Source of the DNA: Alphaproteobacteria bacterium
GTDB lineage: Bacteria; Pseudomonadota; Alphaproteobacteria; JAAXGF01
Direction: 5' to 3'
NCBI GenBank assembly: GCA_963555825.3
Contig: CAUVXB020000002.1
Coordinates: 3,008,001-3,072,000, forward strand
DNA length: 64,000 nucleotides
The position numbers were made by a program, and so were the translations under genes. The number at the start of each line of letters is the position of its first letter. The first letter of the stretch is position 1. The notes beneath the pieces are model-generated. The model had not been told where the DNA came from, did not search any database, and saw only the letters and a list, made by a program, of their open reading frames with translations. This document shows, one piece after another, positions 59,898 to 64,000 of the stretch.

Positions 59898-60577
59898 TGC
59901 GGTTGCTCATCGTCGAGGACGAGCAGGATCTCGCGCGCCAGATGTCGGAGGCGCTGCGCGCCGCCGACTATGCGGTCGACGTGGCCCAGGACGGCGAGGA
60001 GGCACAGTACCTCGGCGAGGTCGAGCCGTACGATGCCGTCATTCTCGATCTCGGGCTACCGGTCGTCGACGGGCTCACCGTGCTCAGGCGCTGGCGCCAG
60101 GCCGGCCGGACCATGCCGGTGCTGATCCTGACCGCGCGCGATACCTGGAGCGAGAAGGTCGAGGGCTTCGACGCCGGCGCCGACGATTATGTCGCCAAGC
60201 CGTTCAGCATGGAGGAGCTGCTCGCCCGCATCCGTGCCTTGATCCGGCGCGCCGCCGGTCATGCGAGCGCTGAACTCGAGTGCGGCCCGGTACGCATGGA
60301 CACGCGCAACCGGCGGGTCAGCGTCGACGGCGCGCCGGTCGCGCTGACGGCGCATGAAACGAAGCTGATCGCCTATTTCATGCACCACCAGAACAGGGTG
60401 ATATCGCGCACCGAGCTGGTCGAGCACATCTACGATCAGGATTTCGACCGCGATTCCAACAGCATCGAGGTCTTCGTCGGCCGCTTGCGAAAGAAGCTCG
60501 GCGTCGACGTCATCACGACGCTGCGCGGCCAGGGCTACATGATGGCGCCGCCCGACGGCGGCGCCGAGGAACAATGA
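59897..60577 (+). CDS. OmpR/PhoP-family response regulator (FeuP-like)
   Basis: LIVEDE, ILDLGLP, LTARD, GADDYVAKPF, DSNSIEVFVGRLRKK. Confidence 0.96.
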   Translation: MRLLIVEDEQDLARQMSEALRAADYAVDVAQDGEEAQYLGEVEPYDAVILDLGLPVVDGLTVLRRWRQAGRTMPVLILTARDTWSEKVEGFDAGADDYVAKPFSMEELLARIRALIRRAAGHASAELECGPVRMDTRNRRVSVDGAPVALTAHETKLIAYFMHHQNRVISRTELVEHIYDQDFDRDSNSIEVFVGRLRKKLGVDVITTLRGQGYMMAPPDGGAEEQ

Positions 60578-61911
60578 CCGGCAACTCGCTCGGCTTCCGG
60601 CTCGCCGCCGGCGCCGTGTTGTGGATCACGGCGGCGCTGGTGGTCGCCGGTTTCGTGCTTTCGGGCCTGTTCCGCGATCACGTCGAGCAGAGCTTCGAGC
60701 GCGAGCTGGCCGTCCAGCTCGACCGCCTCGCCGCGGTCAGCCGGGTCGGGCCAAAGGGCATGCTCGAGCTCAAGCGGGTCATCGTCGATCCGCGATTCTT
60801 CGACGCCTACTCGGGCTGGTACTGGCAGATCGCCGGACCCGATGGGCCGATCTTCCGCTCGCGATCGCTATGGGATCAGGCGCTCGCCATCGACCGCGGG
60901 ACACTGCCGGCCGACACGATCGAACGCTACGCCATCACCGGACCGAACGATCAGACCTTGTGGGGCCTGCGGCGCAACATCACGCTGCCCCGTTCGCAGA
61001 CGGTGTATCAGATCACCGTCGCCGCCGACGTCGCCGAGACGCGCGCGGCGATCGAGGGCTTCAACACGACGCTCGCGCTCTCGCTCGTCGTTCTCGGCGT
61101 CGGCCTGTTCGCCGCCGTCGTCATACAGGTGCACTACGGCCTGTCGCCGATGCGCCGCCTGCGCCGCGCGCTGGCCGACGTGCGCGCCGGCTCGACCGCG
61201 CGCCTGGTCGGCCGTTTCCCCGACGAGGTAACGCCGCTCGCCGACGAGCTCAACGCGCTGCTCGACCACAACGCCGCCGTCGTCGAGCGCGCGCGCACCC
61301 ACATCGGCAACCTCGCCCACGCGCTCAAGACACCGCTGTCGGTCATTGCCAACGCGGCGGCCGAGGGCGACGGCGCCCTGGCCGACACCGTGCGCCTGCA
61401 GGTCACCAGGATGGGCGGCTTGGTCGATCATCACCTGGCGCGCGCGCGCACCGTCGCCGCCGCCAGCGTGATCGGCGCGCGCACCGACGCCCGGGCGGTC
61501 GGCGAGGAACTGCGCCGCACGCTGGCGCGCCTCTACCCCGACCGCGAGATCGTCATCGTCGACGGCGATGCGGCCGATGCCGTGTTCCTTGGCGAGCACC
61601 AGGACCTGCAGGAGATGGTCGGCAATCTCATGGACAACGCCTGTAAATGGTCGCGCGAGACGGTGCGCGTGAGCTTGGCGCGGCGCGGCCAACGTCTCGC
61701 GATCAGCGTCGAGGACGACGGCCCGGGTCTCGCGCCCGACGCCCGCGCCCGCGTCTTCGACCGCGGCAGCCGGTTCGACGAGGCGGTGCCCGGCGACGGT
61801 CTCGGGCTTGGCATCGTGCGCGACGTGGCGGAACTTTACGGCGGATCGGTCAGCCTGACGGACTCGGCGCTCGGCGGCCTCAGCGCCACGCTCGACCTGC
61901 CGGCGGCATAG
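60574..61911 (+). CDS. Sensor histidine kinase (PhoQ/FeuQ-like)
   Basis: SGWYWQI, GNLAHALKTPL, GNLMDNACKW, EDDGPG, GLGLGIV. Confidence 0.95.
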   Translation: MTGNSLGFRLAAGAVLWITAALVVAGFVLSGLFRDHVEQSFERELAVQLDRLAAVSRVGPKGMLELKRVIVDPRFFDAYSGWYWQIAGPDGPIFRSRSLWDQALAIDRGTLPADTIERYAITGPNDQTLWGLRRNITLPRSQTVYQITVAADVAETRAAIEGFNTTLALSLVVLGVGLFAAVVIQVHYGLSPMRRLRRALADVRAGSTARLVGRFPDEVTPLADELNALLDHNAAVVERARTHIGNLAHALKTPLSVIANAAAEGDGALADTVRLQVTRMGGLVDHHLARARTVAAASVIGARTDARAVGEELRRTLARLYPDREIVIVDGDAADAVFLGEHQDLQEMVGNLMDNACKWSRETVRVSLARRGQRLAISVEDDGPGLAPDARARVFDRGSRFDEAVPGDGLGLGIVRDVAELYGGSVSLTDSALGGLSATLDLPAA

Positions 61912-62068
61912 AACACCGACCCGCCAGCGGCGGTTTGTGTCTCGGGTTGAATTTCAGTCGAAACAGTGCCCGAAACGTCGGCCTTTTTTTGGATCATGTC
62001 CGCGTTGCGCGCGACAGCAGACCTTGGCGCGCGGTCATCGGCACAGCCGCTTTCGACCCGGATCAGAC

Positions 62069-63722
62069 GGGTGCGAGTCTCGCATGGCAGTGATGTCTGC
62101 GGCTTGGTTCGTTGAGTTCAGGCAGCGATTGCCATGGCTGCTGCACGTGGACTGATGTTGTCGTTGGCCGGTGTGTCGGTTGCGCTGATCAGGGCCTTCC
62201 ATGCCCGCTCGAAGCGGCCGGATTTGATCAGGGCGCGGAAGGTCAGAACAGCCTGTCCGCCGACGATCCGCCAGCGCATGCCGGAGCGCTTCATGCGCTG
62301 TGTCACCAGGGTCTTGTTGGCAGCTTCGACCACGCCTGAGCCGATGGCGATGCCCTCTTCCTTCAGGGCGTGGTAGCGCATGCGATGGCGATGCTTGCGG
62401 AAGAAGGCGAGTTCCCGCTCGGTCTCGGCCCGGTCCGGCGCAGCGGCGGCATCGCGAAGGTGGCGCAGCGCCCGGATCACCTTGGCGACGCCACGGGGAT
62501 CGTGACGGAGGATCTCGCGGTACTTCTCGAACCAGCCGGGCGCCACGGCATGGTCGGACGCGGTTTGCAGATGTTCGCAAGCATGCCAGAAGTCGATCAC
62601 CTCGGTTTCGGGCGACAGGGTCTCCAGGAAGGTCCAGTTGTCGGCGGCGCCATCGGCGATAGCGACGATCCCGATCTCGGGGCGTGCTCGCCTGATGTGT
62701 GCGACTTCGCTTGCAAGCTGCGCCTTCAGCGTGAGCTTGCCGCTCTCCGGCATGCGGCCGAGATAGAGGGTCTTCAGGCGCTTGCCCTCGGCGTCGTGGA
62801 AGGAGACCGTGCCGCAGGCAGCCTCGCGCCAGGAGGCCTTGGCGCGACCGTCCTCGCCGGGTCTCAGCGGCACCATGACGCCGTCGAGGGAGACCGAGGC
62901 GGTGGTCGCGTCCTGCGGTATGCCCTCGGCCTCACGGATGCTGCCCAGCGTCTCCGGGCCGAGGCTCTCCCAGCATTCGTGCATGCTCAGGGTCAGGCGC
63001 TGCAGGGTGCTCACCGACGGCGTCATGGCGCCGGTCTTCGCAAAGAACGCCGCCGCTTCCCGGGCCGTGCAGTGACCCATCATCAGCAGACCGAGCTCGG
63101 CCGCCGGCCGCGTCAGGTAATCGTCGACGAGGCCCAGGCTCTCGTCGACCGGCACCGGCGATGCCCCGCTCGCGCCGCTGCGGTAACGCGCTCGCCGGTA
63201 GGTCACCGGACCGAGCGAGGTCATGATCGTCTTCGGCGTCACCGCGACCCGGAACCAGCTCTGCCCGTCCCGCTCGATCCGGGAAGCGCCATCGTCCCGG
63301 TTCTCGATGACGGCGCCCATGACATCGCGAGCGAACTCGTTCGTGGCCTCACGCACCCGCAACTCGACCTCCTCGGGCGCCTCGGGGCGCGGCTCGGAAC
63401 GAAGCTCCTCGCGACACAGTGCGAGCACCCGGGCGGCCGCCTCGACGACCCGAGGAGGCAGGCCGGAAAGATCGATGGACGAAGGCGCCGGAGGCGGGGA
63501 TACTGCCATGGGAATGCTCCCGATGTTGGGTTTCGAGACACGGCATCGTACCGCTTCTGGCGGTGCGGAGCGTTCCCACCTTCCCCTGCTCGACCCTGCC
63601 GTCGTAACAAAATCCTGCCTTGGAGCGGCCCATTGTCACGAATAGCCGATTTCGGCCGTTCGTCTCGACACAAAAAACGCACTAAATCAATGACTTAGAT
63701 TTTCCATACCAGACCCACACCC
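62069..63722 (-). mobile_element. Complete ISKra4/ISLre2-like (prokaryotic Mutator-type) insertion sequence, 1654 bp
   Basis: Imperfect IR GGGTGCGAGTCTCGCATGG / GGGTGTGGGTCTGGTATGG; 8-bp target duplication GATCAGAC at 62061-62068 and 63723-63730. Confidence 0.88.
62118..63509 (-). CDS. ISKra4/ISLre2-type DDE transposase
   Basis: SLDGVMVP, IADGA..NW, DFWHACEHL, IGSGVVEAANK, RMKRSGMRW. Confidence 0.9.
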   Translation of the reverse strand: MAVSPPPAPSSIDLSGLPPRVVEAAARVLALCREELRSEPRPEAPEEVELRVREATNEFARDVMGAVIENRDDGASRIERDGQSWFRVAVTPKTIMTSLGPVTYRRARYRSGASGASPVPVDESLGLVDDYLTRPAAELGLLMMGHCTAREAAAFFAKTGAMTPSVSTLQRLTLSMHECWESLGPETLGSIREAEGIPQDATTASVSLDGVMVPLRPGEDGRAKASWREAACGTVSFHDAEGKRLKTLYLGRMPESGKLTLKAQLASEVAHIRRARPEIGIVAIADGAADNWTFLETLSPETEVIDFWHACEHLQTASDHAVAPGWFEKYREILRHDPRGVAKVIRALRHLRDAAAAPDRAETERELAFFRKHRHRMRYHALKEEGIAIGSGVVEAANKTLVTQRMKRSGMRWRIVGGQAVLTFRALIKSGRFERAWKALISATDTPANDNISPRAAAMAIAA

Positions 63723-63757
63723 GATCAGACTTTCCCGATACACGGGGTGCTCCCAAT

Positions 63758-64000
63758 TCATCCGCCGTCCCCAGCCGCCGAATACGCTTCCCCAATACGG
63801 CCCACTTCATCGCACAGCAGAGCGTGGAATGACTGGGCCAGCTTGGAAAGCGGCCGGTGCACCGGCGTCATGATCGAGGCGACCAAATGGATTGTCGGGC
63901 GGAACGGCCGGAAGACGATGCGCGGCGCGCCGCGGCTGAACAGTTTATAGCTTTCGGCGCTCATCGGATCGACCATCGCATAGGCGAGGCCGCGTTCTAT
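63758..64000 (-). CDS. LysR-family regulator, 3' end (gene runs off the window)
   Basis: RGLAYAMVDP, RPFRPTI, P..RPLSKLAQSF, typical of the LysR substrate-binding C-terminus. Confidence 0.7.
   Translation of the reverse strand: MERGLAYAMVDPMSAESYKLFSRGAPRIVFRPFRPTIHLVASIMTPVHRPLSKLAQSFHALLCDEVGRIGEAYSAAGDGG

Overview
This 64-kb window comes from a high-GC bacterium; gene content (soxBDAG, usg, DUF1127, CIRCE-groESL, ROSE-hsp20, general porin) points to an Alphaproteobacterium. It is mostly metabolic and envelope genes. Methylated-amine catabolism is represented by sarcosine oxidase, a dimethylglycine-dehydrogenase-like enzyme and two non-pyrrolysine MttB-family methyltransferases. Other blocks are a CHASE2 cyclase/porin/FecR/DUF1513 run, ydbH-ynbE-ydbL, heat-shock genes, ABC transporters, aminotransferases, and a DegP-like protease divergent from a PepSY/response regulator/kinase operon. 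Two complete IS elements have visible inverted repeats and 8-bp target duplications (IS1595/IS1016-like at 15283-16002; ISKra4/ISLre2-like at 62069-63722). No rRNA, tRNA or CRISPR array was seen. No new system can be proven from sequence alone. The best leads are: (1) an in-frame TAG exactly at the nucleophile codon of an otherwise intact alpha/beta-hydrolase; (2) a possible split trans-envelope cAMP signalling module; (3) a three-copy structured repeat family and a 265-bp multi-hairpin MITE-like element; (4) AT-rich palindromic islands flanking a kinase gene; (5) an internal ~188-aa duplication in the YdbH lipid bridge. Product calls rest on motif recognition by eye, not on database searches.
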